Assembly: GCA_963703345.1 (NCBI GenBank) | Contig: OY969814.1 | Coordinates: 1,088,001-1,152,000, forward strand | DNA: 64,000 bases | From: an uncultured Chloroflexia bacterium | GTDB lineage: Bacteria; Chloroflexota; Dehalococcoidia; DSTF01; JALHUB01 | Direction of reading: 5' to 3' | Shown: positions 9,825-20,626 of the stretch, in pieces | How the letters are laid out: every line of letters starts with the position of its first letter | Numbering within the stretch: position 1 is the stretch's first letter | Notes under the pieces: generated by a model | Databases searched by the model: none | Seen by the model: only the letters and a program-made list of their open reading frames with translations | Told to the model about the DNA's origin: nothing | Made by a program: the position numbers and the translations under genes

Positions 9825-10706
9825 TCAGCCAAAGCGGCCGGTGATGTAGTCTTCGGTGCGCTTGTCCCTGGGATTGGTGAATACCTCGCTCGTCGCTCCG
9901 AATTCTATCATCTCGCCGGCGCGGTCCTCCGCCATCATCATCACCGCCGTGCAGTCGGCGACGCGGGCCGCCTGCTGCATGTTGTGTGTGACAATCACGA
10001 TGGCGTAGCTGCTCGACAACTCACGCATCAGGTCTTCGATCTTCAGCGTCGCAACGGGATCGAGAGCGCTGCACGGCTCGTCCATCAGAATAACCTCCGG
10101 CTCGATGGCGAGGGCGCGGGCGATGCAGAGTCGCTGCTGCTGCCCGCCTGAAAGTTCGGTGGCCGGCCGGTTCAGCTTGTCCTTCACCTCGTCCCACAGC
10201 GCCGCTCGCCGCAGCCCCTGCTCGACGATGTCTGCGAGATGGCTGCGCCTGGAGAAGAGACTGTTGAGCTTCAGGCCGGCGGCGACGTTGTCGAAGACGG
10301 ACATCGTCGGGAAGGGATTCGGCTTCTGGAAGACCATGCCGACGCGGCGTCGCACAAGCACGGGGTCGGTGCCGTTTCCGTAGATGTCATCGGACCGCAG
10401 GAAGACCTGCCCGGCGACGCGCGCCTTAGGGGCGACCTCATGCATGCGGTTCAGGCAGCGAATGAGCGTCGACTTGCCACAGCCGGATGGACCGATTACC
10501 GCGGTCACGCGCCTCGGCCCGACAAGCAGATTCACATCTCTGATCGCCTGAAATGAGCCGTACCAGGCGCTCAGGTTGCGAATTACCATGCCTTCCTCCC
10601 ATGCTTCGGTCTCTGATACCGGGCACGTCATTTCGGTTTCAGGTCCGCGTTGCTCGTCAGAAGTCATGGCTGGCGGTTTGAACCGAAAGTCAGTCATCAT
10701 AACCAT
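9825..10706 (-). CDS. pstB: Phosphate ABC transporter ATPase
   Basis: [41 protein letters not shown]. Exact start uncertain. Confidence 0.96.
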   Translation of the reverse strand: MVMMTDFRFKPPAMTSDEQRGPETEMTCPVSETEAWEEGMVIRNLSAWYGSFQAIRDVNLLVGPRRVTAVIGPSGCGKSTLIRCLNRMHEVAPKARVAGQVFLRSDDIYGNGTDPVLVRRRVGMVFQKPNPFPTMSVFDNVAAGLKLNSLFSRRSHLADIVEQGLRRAALWDEVKDKLNRPATELSGGQQQRLCIARALAIEPEVILMDEPCSALDPVATLKIEDLMRELSSSYAIVIVTHNMQQAARVADCTAVMMMAEDRAGEMIEFGATSEVFTNPRDKRTEDYITGRFG

Positions 10707-10710
10707 TTCC

Positions 10711-11553
10711 TTATCCTCTCCTCGATAGCAGCAGGCGCGACACCAGGCTAATACAAAACACCACTGTCACAAGCACGAAGGCGGCTGCCCATGCCTGTTG
10801 ATGCTGTTGGTTATAGGGGCCTGTGCCGTACTGGTAGATCCGCAGGGGCAGCGCGTCGATTGGCTTGTCGGCGATGCTCAGGCTCCAGAACTGATTGCCG
10901 AGAGCGGTGAAAAGTAAAGGCGCGGTCTCGCCGGCTGCGCGGGCCACGGCGAGGAGGCCGCCGGTGATCAGGCCGCGTCGCGCCGCCGGAATGACGATGC
11001 TCAATATCGTCCGCCAGCGCGTCACGCCCAGCGCCAGGGCCGCCTCCCGCTGCGACTGCGGCACCAGCTTCAGCATCTCCTCGCTGGAACGCGCCATGAT
11101 GGGCAGCATGATGATCGCCAGGGCGACCGCTGCGGCCAGCGCGGAGAAGTGGCCCATTTTGAGCACTAGCCACGAGTAGACGACGATACCGACGACAATC
11201 GAAGGCACGCCCGTCAGGACGTCGGCGGTGAAGCGAATGATGCCGGCCAGCCTGGGGCCCGCCATCTCGGCCACGAACACGCCGGCACCGATGCCGAACG
11301 GGATTCCCATCGCAGCGGCAAGGCCGACCGTCAGGAGCGAGCCCGCAATCGCGTTGGACACGCCGCCTCCCGATTCGTCTGGAGGCTTCGGCAACTGCGT
11401 GAAAAAATCGACATTGATATAGCTGATGCCGTTGTACAGCACATAGCCCAGGATCAGCGCCAGCACTCCAATCGCCAGCAACGCCGAGGTCGTGCAGAGG
11501 CCCAGCATGACGGTGTTCGTCCATTTTCGTCTGGCGTGTGTTATCGCGCTCAT
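10711..11553 (-). CDS. pstA: Phosphate ABC transporter permease PstA
   Basis: [28 protein letters not shown]; ATGA overlap with the pstC stop. Confidence 0.95.
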   Translation of the reverse strand: MSAITHARRKWTNTVMLGLCTTSALLAIGVLALILGYVLYNGISYINVDFFTQLPKPPDESGGGVSNAIAGSLLTVGLAAAMGIPFGIGAGVFVAEMAGPRLAGIIRFTADVLTGVPSIVVGIVVYSWLVLKMGHFSALAAAVALAIIMLPIMARSSEEMLKLVPQSQREAALALGVTRWRTILSIVIPAARRGLITGGLLAVARAAGETAPLLFTALGNQFWSLSIADKPIDALPLRIYQYGTGPYNQQHQQAWAAAFVLVTVVFCISLVSRLLLSRRG

Positions 11554-12533
11554 TCCCTGATCGCCTCCGGAGAGCGGGCTATTCGCCAGACCAGCAGCCT
11601 GGCGGCGACGTTCACAAGAAGAGTTATGCCCAGGAGTATCAGCGCCAGCTCCATCAGCGCCGAAGTGTACAGGCTGAAGCTGGCCTCGCTGAACTCGCTG
11701 GCGATCTGGCTGGCCGCCGTGCTCGCCGGCGCGAACAACGAGGTGTTGATATCGTACGTCTTGCCGATGACCATCGTCACGGCCATCGTCTCGCCGAGCG
11801 CGCGTCCTAGCCCCAGCAGCACCGCACCGACCAGGCCGGAGCGGCAGTACTGTAGAACAGCGCGACTTATCATCTCCCACTTCGTCGCGCCCAATGCCAG
11901 CATCGCCTCCCGCTGCGAGGACGGCACCGCCAGCAGGGAATCGCGTGCGATGGCGGTGATGATCGGCAGGATCATGATCGCCAGGATGACGCCCGCCGCG
12001 AGCATGCCGACGCCGAAGGGCGGGCCGCTGAACAGCGGCAGGAAGCTAAGATGGCTCCCCAGAGTCTTCTCCACCGGGCTTCGAATCCACGGCACGAGCA
12101 CGTAGATCGCCCACAGCCCGAAGACTACGCTGGGTATGGCGGCCAGACTCTCGACGAGGAACGACGCGGGATGCCGCAGCCAGGGCGGCGCCATCTCCGA
12201 CAGGTAGATCGCCGCGCCCAGGCTGACCGGCACGGCGAGAATCACCGCGATGATGGAGCTGACGAGTGTCCCGTAAATCGCCGGCGCCGCGCCGAATGTG
12301 CGGCTCACTGGATTCCAGGTCGTGCCGGTCAGGAAGCCCCAGCCAAACGTGCTAATGGAATCGCGCGACTCGAAGGCCAGTTGCCACAGCATAAGCGCAG
12401 CCAGCAGCAGCACCGACGCTCCGAAGACGGCAATGACGGCGCGGAACAGCATGTCACCGGCGTGGGCGCGCCTCCACGAGCGTAGCAGGCGCCATGCTGC
12501 GTTGCCGTTTGGTTCGCCTGTTGCTGCCTGCAT
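11550..12533 (-). CDS. pstC: Phosphate ABC transporter permease PstC
   Basis: LAAIPSVVFGLW, REAMLALGAT, GRALGETMAV. Confidence 0.95.
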   Translation of the reverse strand: MQAATGEPNGNAAWRLLRSWRRAHAGDMLFRAVIAVFGASVLLLAALMLWQLAFESRDSISTFGWGFLTGTTWNPVSRTFGAAPAIYGTLVSSIIAVILAVPVSLGAAIYLSEMAPPWLRHPASFLVESLAAIPSVVFGLWAIYVLVPWIRSPVEKTLGSHLSFLPLFSGPPFGVGMLAAGVILAIMILPIITAIARDSLLAVPSSQREAMLALGATKWEMISRAVLQYCRSGLVGAVLLGLGRALGETMAVTMVIGKTYDINTSLFAPASTAASQIASEFSEASFSLYTSALMELALILLGITLLVNVAARLLVWRIARSPEAIRE

Positions 12534-12693
12534 ATTTCCGCTTCTCCATCCTAGACGGCAGAAGCGAGGGCTCCCGCGTCACGCGCATGAGCCCTCGCTC
12601 GCCCCGAGCGCAGGTAATGTAGATAGGGGCCAAGGGACACGGTGCAGGGCCCCGCCTCTCCCTTTTTCCGAGTCACTCGGCCCCACATCCGGG

Positions 12694-13887
12694 CTACGGC
12701 AGTCGCAGCAGGGGCTGCCCCTGGTAGCTGATGGACTTGATCTCCGCCTCCGCTTTCTTGACGATATCCGTCGAGAGCGGCGCGTAGAGCAGGTCCTTCG
12801 AGTACTGCTGGCCATCGTGAATGCTCCACCAGAGATAGGACACGAGCGACTCGCCCTTCGCCTGGTCGGGCTGATTCACGTAGGCAAGAATCCAGGTGAA
12901 GCCGACGATCGGGTAGGCGCTCGGGTTGCTCGAGTCCGTGATCATCACCTTCGTGTCGTCGGGAATGGTCACGCCGGTCGAGGCGGCGGTTGTCGTCTCC
13001 AGGCTCGGCTCCTCGTAGTTGCCGGACTGGTTCTTGAGCGACGCCCAGGTGAGGTTGTTCTGGATGGCGTAGGCCAGCTCGACGTAGCCGATAGCCCCGG
13101 GTATCTGCTTGACCTGCTGGGCGACGCCGTCGTTCTTCTCGCCGCCGATATCGCCGGGCCACTGCACGGTCGTTGCGTTGCCAACCTTGGTCTGCCACTC
13201 CGAGCTCACCTTGCTCAAGTAGTTGGTGAAGATGAACGTCGTGCCGGAGCCGTCGGAGCGGTGGACGACCGCGATGTCGCTGCTCGGAAGGTTGAGGCCG
13301 GGGTTGAGGGAGGCTATCTTCGGGTCGTTCCACTTGGTGATGTTCTTCAAATAGATGTCCGCCAGAACGTCCGGCGTGAGCTTGAGCTGCCCCTGCTCGA
13401 CGCCCGGCAGGTTGGCGATGACGGCGACGGCCCCGCTGGTCATCGGGATGTGCAGTATTGGGCCTCCCGCGGCCTCGGCGGCAGCGACCTGCTCGTCGGT
13501 CATGATACCGTCGCTGGCGCCGAAGTCCACCGTCTTCGCCGTTATCTGCGATATGCCGGCGCCGGAGCCGACGGACTGGTAGTTGATCTGGACGCTGCAC
13601 TCCTTATCGAACTGTGACGTCCACTTCGAGTACAGCGGGTACGGGAAGCTTGCGCCGGCACCCGTCAGGCTCGTGGCTGCGCCGCCCGGCGGACAGGGGC
13701 TCTGCCCGGCTGTTCCGGTTGACTGAGCCGTCGGGGATTTGCTCGATGCTGTCGGAGTCGGACTGGAAGCGCTGCTGCCGCCGCATGCGGAGGCCAGAAC
13801 GGCCGCCACACCGGCGACCAGCACCGCGCCGAAAGCGAGGCGCCCCCGCCACCATCTCCGCCCATCTTTCGTGTTGTGTGCATCCAT
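12694..13887 (-). CDS. pstS: Phosphate-binding lipoprotein PstS
   Basis: Lipobox LASAC; GAGASFP, YQSVGSGAG, HRSDGSGTT, AIGYVE. Confidence 0.96.
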   Translation of the reverse strand: MDAHNTKDGRRWWRGRLAFGAVLVAGVAAVLASACGGSSASSPTPTASSKSPTAQSTGTAGQSPCPPGGAATSLTGAGASFPYPLYSKWTSQFDKECSVQINYQSVGSGAGISQITAKTVDFGASDGIMTDEQVAAAEAAGGPILHIPMTSGAVAVIANLPGVEQGQLKLTPDVLADIYLKNITKWNDPKIASLNPGLNLPSSDIAVVHRSDGSGTTFIFTNYLSKVSSEWQTKVGNATTVQWPGDIGGEKNDGVAQQVKQIPGAIGYVELAYAIQNNLTWASLKNQSGNYEEPSLETTTAASTGVTIPDDTKVMITDSSNPSAYPIVGFTWILAYVNQPDQAKGESLVSYLWWSIHDGQQYSKDLLYAPLSTDIVKKAEAEIKSISYQGQPLLRLP

Positions 13888-13919
13888 CAGAAACTCATCC
13901 CTCCTACTATTGCCTTTCG

Positions 13920-14210
13920 TTAGGCCGGCTGTCCCCAGCCGTCGTTGTCCGAAGGAGTGAAAACCTCTGTCAAGAAGGTCAACCGGCGCTGGCGCGGAAG
14001 CCGAACAACTTCTCGCACCAGGGCCACTGCCCGCAGGCGGACGCGAACGTCTGCCGGGCTTCCAGCAGTGCCCAACTCGGACAGCAATTCGAAGACGGCG
14101 CGACTACTGGCGCGCAGCAGGTGTTCCCGCGCCAGCCGGCAAGCCATCTCTAACTCTTCTTTCGGACCGGTCTCCGCCCATGGGGGCGCGGAGATCGTTG
14201 CTGTCGTCAA
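13920..14210 (-). CDS. Small hypothetical protein (96 aa) upstream of pstS
   Basis: TTG start preceded by AGAAGGGA and overlapping the TGA of the preceding ORF (TTGA). Lies between the Pho-box promoter and pstS. Confidence 0.5.
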   Translation of the reverse strand: MTTATISAPPWAETGPKEELEMACRLAREHLLRASSRAVFELLSELGTAGSPADVRVRLRAVALVREVVRLPRQRRLTFLTEVFTPSDNDGWGQPA

Positions 14211-14419
14211 TGTTTCCCTTCTTTCCGGGGGCCCATGAGGCCAGAATCTCGGAGCGCAGCCATCGCGACCGGCAGCCAGCGGTCTCGTCGTTCTCTCGCG
14301 AACCGAGCGATGCGGCCGGCCCATCGCCGCGTCGTCTCGCCGGCGGAGCCTGGCTGCTTCGAGGCTCCCGGTGTGGGAAGAGTGTCCGCCTTGCCCCATG
14401 CCACCTGTTGATCGATCAT
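14207..14419 (-). CDS. Small hypothetical protein (70 aa), probably near-leaderless
   Basis: ATG 9 nt downstream of a TATTCT -10 box; stop codon coupled to the next ORF. Confidence 0.4.
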   Translation of the reverse strand: MIDQQVAWGKADTLPTPGASKQPGSAGETTRRWAGRIARFARERRDRWLPVAMAALRDSGLMGPRKEGKH

Positions 14420-14428
14420 CTCGACTTC

Positions 14429-14482
14429 AGAATAGCGATGAGGAATTAACGTGCCTTCAACGCCGGTAAACGGGATGTAAAC
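14429..14482 (-). promoter_or_regulatory. Pho-box-like tandem repeats and -10 box for the pst operon
   Basis: Minus strand GTTTAC, GTTTAC, GTTGAA, GTTAAT at 10-11 bp spacing, followed by TATTCT; directly downstream of phoR. Confidence 0.6.
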
Positions 14483-14494
14483 GTTTTGGGAGCG

Positions 14495-16270
14495 TTAGGA
14501 GAGTTGAGAGGGGTCGCTGACAGGAAGCGTGAAGATGAACGTCGAGCCATGGCCTTCCTGGCTGCGGGCGCTGACGGTGCCGCCGTGAGCCTCGACGGTG
14601 TGCTTGACGACGGCGAGACCCAGGCCGGTGCCACGGTCACCGCGGGCGCGGTCGACCTTGTAGAAGCGCTCGAAGATGCGCGGCAGTTTCTCGGCCGAGA
14701 TGCCATCGCCCGTGTCCTCGACCTCCACCTGCACGGCGCCGTCAACGAGTTGCGCCGATACTCGAACTAAGCCGCCTTCGAGCGTGAACTTGATCGCGTT
14801 GTCCAGCAGATTGACCGTAGCCTGCTCCAACCGCCCGGCGTCGCCGATAACCGGGGGCAGCGTCGGCGCGACTTCGAGGGTGAGCGTAAGGCCCTTTCGC
14901 TCCGACTGCGGCCGCATTCGCTCGACTGCCTGCTCCAGCATCGGCCCGACTTCGACCGGCTCTCTAGCCAGCGGCGCCTGCCCCGATTCCAGCCGCGACA
15001 GCTCCAACAGCTCAGTTACCATCTGCACCAGCCGGTCAACTTCCGCATCCGCGCGGGACAGGAAGTCCTGCGCGACGGCCTTGTCGTCCAGGGCGCCGGA
15101 CTGCAGCGTCTCGACGACGGACTTGATGGAGGCGAGCGGTGTCCGCAGCTCGTGCGAGACGTTGGCGATGAAGTCGCGACGCGTGTCCTCGACGCGCTTC
15201 GCCTCCGTGACGTCGTGGAAGACGACCAGCGCTACCCAGTCGCCGCCGCCGGCGATAGGCGCCGCCGACACCTGGAGGAAGCGACCCTTCGGCCTCTCGA
15301 TGACCAGACTCCGCATCTTGCTGGTCTCGCGGGCGTCGCGCAAGGCCTGGACGGCCTGCTCCTCCGGCATCGCCCACACGAACGGATTGCCGACGGCCTC
15401 TTCCGGTCGTCGGCCCAGCAGCGGCCCGACGGCGCGGCTGGCAAATGTGACGCGCCCCTCGGTGTCAACGGCCAAGACGGCGTCGCTGCCGCTGTCCAGC
15501 ACGGCCGTGAGGCGGCCGCGCTCCTCGGAGACCTTGGCGACCAGACTTTCGACGCCCTGCGCCATCTGGTTGAACGCGTCCGCCACCTCGCCAACTTCTC
15601 CGGATGGTCGTGGCTTCACGCGACGCGTCAGGTCGCCTCGCGCGACGCCGCGGGCCGCATTCGCCAGGGCGCCGAGAGGACGAACGATGGTGCTGCCGAT
15701 GATGAGGCTGAGCAGCGCAGCGATGGCACCAGTGATGACAATGGCGATCAACAGCGAGTGGGTGATGCTGGAGAGCGTTGCGTCGATGGCCGACAGGGGT
15801 CGCGCTACCCGCACGACGGCGGCCGGACTGCCGTTGACATCCACACGCTCGGCCACGTAGCTGAAGTTGACGCTCAAAGTCGCGCTGCTGCGCACGTCCT
15901 TCCCCGAACCTGACTGCATCGCCGCCTGGACCTCCGGCCGGCTGGCGTGGTTCTCCATCGTCGCTGGATCGGCCTCGGAATCGCCCAGGACGGTGCCGTC
16001 GGGGGCGATGATCGTAACCCGCGTATCGACGCCCGCACCGACCTGCTTCGCGAGTGCGTCGAAGCTGGACTGAGGCGCGTTCGATTCCAGCAGAGCATGC
16101 ACGGAGTTGGCGACGATCTGTGCTTCGGAGGTGAGGTATGACTCCGTGTTCGAGCGCATGTCCGCGTCGACTTCGTGGATGACGACGAGGCCGAGCGCGC
16201 CGAAAGCGGCGACGATCAGGAGGACGTAGGCCGCGATGCGAAGTCGAATGCTGCCGAGCATGCTAGCCAT
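14495..16270 (-). CDS. phoR: Sensor histidine kinase PhoR (HAMP-PAS-HisKA-HATPase)
   Basis: [39 protein letters not shown]; adjacent to the pst operon. Confidence 0.9.
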   Translation of the reverse strand: MASMLGSIRLRIAAYVLLIVAAFGALGLVVIHEVDADMRSNTESYLTSEAQIVANSVHALLESNAPQSSFDALAKQVGAGVDTRVTIIAPDGTVLGDSEADPATMENHASRPEVQAAMQSGSGKDVRSSATLSVNFSYVAERVDVNGSPAAVVRVARPLSAIDATLSSITHSLLIAIVITGAIAALLSLIIGSTIVRPLGALANAARGVARGDLTRRVKPRPSGEVGEVADAFNQMAQGVESLVAKVSEERGRLTAVLDSGSDAVLAVDTEGRVTFASRAVGPLLGRRPEEAVGNPFVWAMPEEQAVQALRDARETSKMRSLVIERPKGRFLQVSAAPIAGGGDWVALVVFHDVTEAKRVEDTRRDFIANVSHELRTPLASIKSVVETLQSGALDDKAVAQDFLSRADAEVDRLVQMVTELLELSRLESGQAPLAREPVEVGPMLEQAVERMRPQSERKGLTLTLEVAPTLPPVIGDAGRLEQATVNLLDNAIKFTLEGGLVRVSAQLVDGAVQVEVEDTGDGISAEKLPRIFERFYKVDRARGDRGTGLGLAVVKHTVEAHGGTVSARSQEGHGSTFIFTLPVSDPSQLS

Positions 16271-16943
16271 CGAAGCGATAGCCCGTGCCGCGTACGGTAA
16301 CCAGGCGCGTGGGCTTCGCCGGCTCGTCCTCTATCTTCTGACGCAGCCAGCTAACGTGGACGTCAACCGTGCGCGTGCCGCCGACGAAATCGTATCCCCA
16401 GATCTGGTCCAGCAACTGCTCGCGGGTGAAGGCGCGGCCGCGGTTTCGCAGGAAGAACGTAAGAAGCTCAAGCTCCTTCGGCTTCAACGTCAGCACTTCG
16501 CCGCATCGCGACGCCTCTCGCCGTCTAAGGTCGATTTCGATGTCGCGACACGAAAGGGTCTCCGGCTGCTCTTCGCTTCCGGCTGTCGAGCGACGAAGGA
16601 GGCCCTTCACCCGTGCCATCAGCTCGCGCATGCTGAACGGCTTCGTCACGTAGTCGTCGGCGCCGATCTCCAGGCCCACAACTCTGTCGACCTCTTCGGT
16701 CTTGGCTGTAAGCATGAGGATGGGCACGTTCATCTCGCGCCTCAGCAGGCGGCAGACTTCGAAACCGTCGATCACCGGCAGCATAACGTCGAGGACTATG
16801 AGATCGGGGCGATCCTGACGAGCGCGATTGAGGGCGGTCTCGCCGTCGCCGGCGGTAGCGACGCTGTAGCCTTCACGCTCGAGGTTGTACTTGACCGTCG
16901 CCACGAGCGTGGGCTCGTCATCCACAACGAGGATTCTCTTCAC
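16263..16943 (-). CDS. phoB: OmpR-family response regulator PhoB/PhoP
   Basis: Receiver domain ([23 protein letters not shown]) and winged helix ([22 protein letters not shown]). Confidence 0.88.
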   Translation of the reverse strand: MKRILVVDDEPTLVATVKYNLEREGYSVATAGDGETALNRARQDRPDLIVLDVMLPVIDGFEVCRLLRREMNVPILMLTAKTEEVDRVVGLEIGADDYVTKPFSMRELMARVKGLLRRSTAGSEEQPETLSCRDIEIDLRRREASRCGEVLTLKPKELELLTFFLRNRGRAFTREQLLDQIWGYDFVGGTRTVDVHVSWLRQKIEDEPAKPTRLVTVRGTGYRFDG

Positions 16944-17044
16944 AATCGGCTATCCAGACTCACCACTATTATACGGTTCGCGACGCCTTGTCACCATTAG
17001 CGGGGCGCCACCCTCGTGTTCTGCTCGGTGCCCGACCCAATAGC

Positions 17045-17280
17045 AGGCCTCTGGGAGTTGAGGCGAGTGCTGCGGGCGGGCAACTCCTTCTGTTAGAGCA
17101 CGTTCGAGCGGAGCAACCCCGCGTTGGGACCCGCATCGCCCCTTCTCAATCCGATTACCGGCCGCATGACGGGAGCCAACATCAACCGACGAACTGTTGA
17201 CAATGTTAAGGCCGCCGGATTCGCGGTGACGGCGGTCGAAAAGCATGCCGCAATCATCCGGCTAATCGAGGCGGCGCCCT
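17045..17280 (+). pseudogene. Frameshifted C-terminal remnant of a class I SAM methyltransferase
   Basis: GGQLLLLEHVRAE in one frame continues as LLNPITGRMTGANINRRTVDNVKAAGF in another; no N-terminus. Confidence 0.6.
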
Positions 17281-17376
17281 ACTCTAGGGGCCCAAGAAAT
17301 GCGCGGCCGGCCTTCCCACGCCGGCGATCTCCGTTGCCGCCGCCAAGCTTTCCGAGCTCCGTCCGTTCAGCAGGGG

Positions 17377-17425
17377 TTGACAGAAATACTCCAGCCGTTA
17401 AAATGGCTACTAAGTCCATAGACTT
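17377..17425 (+). promoter_or_regulatory. Sigma70 promoter and putative Rrf2 operator
   Basis: TTGACA (17377), 16 bp, TAAAAT (17399); inverted repeat AAGTC-CATA-GACTT at 17412-17425. Confidence 0.6.
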
Positions 17426-17449
17426 CATGGCATCAGAAGGGCCGGGAAC

Positions 17450-17893
17450 ATGAAAGTATCCACCAAGGGCAGATACGGCACGAGGGCGATGCTGGACGTT
17501 GCTCTGCATGCCGACGAGGGCCTCGTTCACCTGAAAGACATTGCCGAACGGCAGGAGGTCTCCAAGAAGTACCTCGAGCACCTGGTGACCCGGCTCGAAG
17601 CGGACGGCCTGCTGAGGACTGTTCGCGGCGCCGGTGGCGGAGTCGCCCTCGCCAGGCCGCCGTCGGAGATCACGATTCTGGACATCCTGTGCACTTTGGA
17701 GGGGACCCTGGCGCCAGTCGAATGCGTCGACCGGCCGGAGGTGTGTCCGCGCTCTGTCAACTGTGGGGCGCGCGACCTCTGGGCGGACTTGGGCGGCGTC
17801 ATAACGGATTTTCTGGGATCGGTCACGCTCGACGACCTCTGCGAGCGGCAGCGGGCGAAGGAAAAGCCCTCCGCTTTCACCTACTATATCTAG
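17450..17893 (+). CDS. Rrf2-family regulator (IscR/CymR-like)
   Basis: MKVSTKGRYG, YLEHL, VRGAGGG, with Cys residues in EC...C...C. Confidence 0.92.
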   Translation: MKVSTKGRYGTRAMLDVALHADEGLVHLKDIAERQEVSKKYLEHLVTRLEADGLLRTVRGAGGGVALARPPSEITILDILCTLEGTLAPVECVDRPEVCPRSVNCGARDLWADLGGVITDFLGSVTLDDLCERQRAKEKPSAFTYYI

Positions 17894-17914
17894 CGGCGGC
17901 AGGGGAGCCTCCAA

Positions 17915-18949
17915 ATGAAGATGACCGCGGCGGGCACCCGGTCGTACACCTTCCACGTCAACGGCATGCACTGCAAAGCATGCGTATTGCTCGCCGAGAG
18001 CGAACTTGCCGAGCATCCGAAAGTGATCTCCGCCAGGGCTAGCCTGCGGACGCGATCTGTGCAGATTCGCGGAGACTTCGGGGCCAGACCGCCCGAGGAA
18101 GTCGTCAAAGAGCTGTCCGCCTTCCTATCCCAACACTCGCTGTCGACGACAGCGCAAGAAAGACACGTTGACTGGGATGAATTTGGCGTCGCCGTTCCCA
18201 TCGCCATCAGTTGTGCCGCGCTCTTCGTCCTGTTGCAAGCGCTTGGCATCGGAAACCTTGCCAGCGGGAATGCCACCACCTACGGCACCGCCTTCGTGGT
18301 CGGCGTGGTCGCATCTCTTTCGACCTGCGCGGCAGTTGTTGGCGGCCTGGTGCTCTCGATATCGGCGACATTCGCGCGGTCGGGGGAAAAGGCGAGACCG
18401 CAGGCCTTGTTCCACGCCGGCCGAATTGTTTCGTTCTTCATCCTGGGCGGCGCAATCGGCCTGCTCGGCTCCGCATTTCGTTTACAGTCGACGGGGACGT
18501 TCATACTGAGCTTTGCCGTCGCTCTTCTCATGCTCGCGATCGGCCTCAATTTGATGGACGTGTTCCCCTGGGCGCGCCGGTTTCAACCCTCGCTGCCGCG
18601 ATTCGTCTCGAAGAAGGCTTTGGGCGCCACCGGCCTCAGCAGCACAGTGGCGCCGGCGCTGGTCGGCGGTGCGACGTTCTTCCTGCCCTGCGGCTTCACC
18701 CAGGCCATGCAGTTCTACGCGGTGTCAACCGGCAGCGCCGTAACTGGCGCTCTCACGATGCTCTTTTTCGCCCTCGGAACGCTTCCGGTGTTGGCGGCGC
18801 TGAGTTTCACCTCGTTGGCCGTCAACACGAAAGAGAACCAGGGCGTCTTCTTCAAATCGGTGGGGATGCTGGTGATTCTTTTCGCGGTTTTCAATGCCGT
18901 CAACAGCCTGGCGGCGCTTGGTGTGATCGACCCGGTGTTCAGCCGCTGA
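17915..18949 (+). CDS. HMA domain plus DsbD_2/TauE-like membrane protein
   Basis: N-terminal GMHCKAC; STCAAVVGG, FFLPCGFTQAMQ, FALGTLP; multiple transmembrane segments. Confidence 0.85.
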   Translation: MKMTAAGTRSYTFHVNGMHCKACVLLAESELAEHPKVISARASLRTRSVQIRGDFGARPPEEVVKELSAFLSQHSLSTTAQERHVDWDEFGVAVPIAISCAALFVLLQALGIGNLASGNATTYGTAFVVGVVASLSTCAAVVGGLVLSISATFARSGEKARPQALFHAGRIVSFFILGGAIGLLGSAFRLQSTGTFILSFAVALLMLAIGLNLMDVFPWARRFQPSLPRFVSKKALGATGLSSTVAPALVGGATFFLPCGFTQAMQFYAVSTGSAVTGALTMLFFALGTLPVLAALSFTSLAVNTKENQGVFFKSVGMLVILFAVFNAVNSLAALGVIDPVFSR

Positions 18950-18963
18950 TGGGGAGGCGCGAT

Positions 18964-19380
18964 ATGACGAAGAGCAACAGGAAGTCAAGGACACCCACGA
19001 TACTGGCGTGGCTCGTCGCTGCCGTCGTCGTGTCGGTCGTGGCCACCGTCGTGCTCGTTCGGCATGGTGGGAACGCGGGAGATGCGGGGCAGACCAACGC
19101 CTCCATCGTCGGCGGAAACCAGACCGTCGAGATCACTGCCAAGAACGGCTACAGTCCGCGGGATACGATAGCAAAAGCGAACCTGCCGATGACCCTCAAA
19201 ATCGAGTCCGCCGGGGACTTCGACTGTTCGTCGTCTCTCAGCATCCCCAAGCTGGGCTACCAGGCGAATCTGCCGCCCTCGGGAGAGACGGTGATCGCTG
19301 TGCCGCCCCAGCAAGCGGGCTCGACGCTAAAGGGATTGTGCTCGATGGGAATGTACAGCTTCACCATCCGGTTCGAATAG
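18964..19380 (+). CDS. Cupredoxin-domain protein
   Basis: N-terminal transmembrane segment; GYSP, DCSSSL, CSMGMY. Confidence 0.8.
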   Translation: MTKSNRKSRTPTILAWLVAAVVVSVVATVVLVRHGGNAGDAGQTNASIVGGNQTVEITAKNGYSPRDTIAKANLPMTLKIESAGDFDCSSSLSIPKLGYQANLPPSGETVIAVPPQQAGSTLKGLCSMGMYSFTIRFE

Positions 19381-19474
19381 GAGGCGCTCCGCGCAGTGTG
19401 GGCTATCGTGCATGTCATGCACTAAAGCACGGAAACGGACAGAGAATAGCTAGAAAGGTCAGGAGGTGACCGAG

Positions 19475-20062
19475 ATGGCAACAAGAGGCGAGGCCCGCCC
19501 ATTTGGGAAAAGTGAGTTGACCGGGCAGTCGGTCCGGGTTAGGAAGGTGGGCATCCCCCGGACTTGGGTAGCTGCCCTCCCCGATCTCCTCGCCCAATCC
19601 ATTATGGTACCTGCTACGCTCGTGTTACGGCTAACGATGGGTTGGATCTTCATTTACGCCGGCTTCGACAAGCTCCTGACTGGTTTCAGCGCCTCAAGCT
19701 ATCTGCTTCACAGCACGAAGGGGCCGCTGACCTTCTGGTTCCACAGCCTGGGCTCGAATCAGGCGGCGATCAACGTGATCAACCCGCTGGTCACCTGGGG
19801 CGAGATCCTGATCGGGATGACGCTCGTACTGGGGCTCTTCACGCGGGGCGGCATCTTCTGGGGATCGGTGATCCTGATGATGTTCTACCTGTCCCAGTGG
19901 CCTCCGGCGACCAATCCCTTCATGGGTTACCACCTGGTCTACATCTTGCTGCTGACGCTGCTGGGTGCCTTGGGGGCAGGACGGACACTTGGCGTGGACG
20001 CGCTGGCGGAGCGGATACCCTGGGTCAAGCGGAATCACGCGGTCACCCTGCTGCTAGGGTGA
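19475..20062 (+). CDS. DoxX-family membrane protein
   Basis: LRLTMGWIFIYAGFDKL, WGEILIG, GAGRTLGVD; AGGAGG ribosome-binding site. Confidence 0.88.
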   Translation: MATRGEARPFGKSELTGQSVRVRKVGIPRTWVAALPDLLAQSIMVPATLVLRLTMGWIFIYAGFDKLLTGFSASSYLLHSTKGPLTFWFHSLGSNQAAINVINPLVTWGEILIGMTLVLGLFTRGGIFWGSVILMMFYLSQWPPATNPFMGYHLVYILLLTLLGALGAGRTLGVDALAERIPWVKRNHAVTLLLG

Positions 20063-20247
20063 CGAGTCGAGAGTCAAACGGCGGGGGGCGGCCGCACCAG
20101 CGATAGGCATCCAGCAACTGGATGAACTTCCAGAAGCGAGTGGGGCCGCTCTCCGACAAGACCTAAGGTCGAGCTGTAGCGGCTCGACAGGCCGTTGACA
20201 GGCGAAGCGAGCGGTGGACGCAATCACCGGCTTGCGCTCGTCAGGTC

Positions 20248-20364
20248 GGCGGCGACCTTCTCGACAGCCGCGAAGCCGCCCTTCAGCTCCATGCTGATCA
20301 TAGCGCCGAAGCCGCTCATCTGCTTGTTGGCCAGCGCGTATTGCTGGTTGCTGGGCAAGCCCGG
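20248..20364 (-). pseudogene. Fragment of a cystathionine gamma-synthase/lyase (trans-sulfuration PLP enzyme)
   Basis: PGLPSNQQYALANKQMSGFGAMISMELKGG matches the family pattern YPGL-x-HPQ...QMxGFGGMxSFxLKG; only about 40 codons remain. Confidence 0.7.
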
Positions 20365-20626
20365 GAGCAGGAGGGTCGCCAGCATTGCAAGGAGCAGAGA
20401 TCGCTTCATTTTCACCTACCGACCTAGCCCGGCCGCGGACCTCTCACGTCATCGGCGGCATCTGTCGAATGTGTCGCCTGCAGTCTATGTCATTCGGTGC
20501 CGTTCGATTCTGCATCCGGGCAGAAAGCAGCGCAACAACCGCGGCAAATTCGAGCCGATGTTAGTTCTCATCGCTGCGATGACAATCCCAGTGACGTAGG
20601 GCCACGAGGCGATCACGTTGCGCGAC

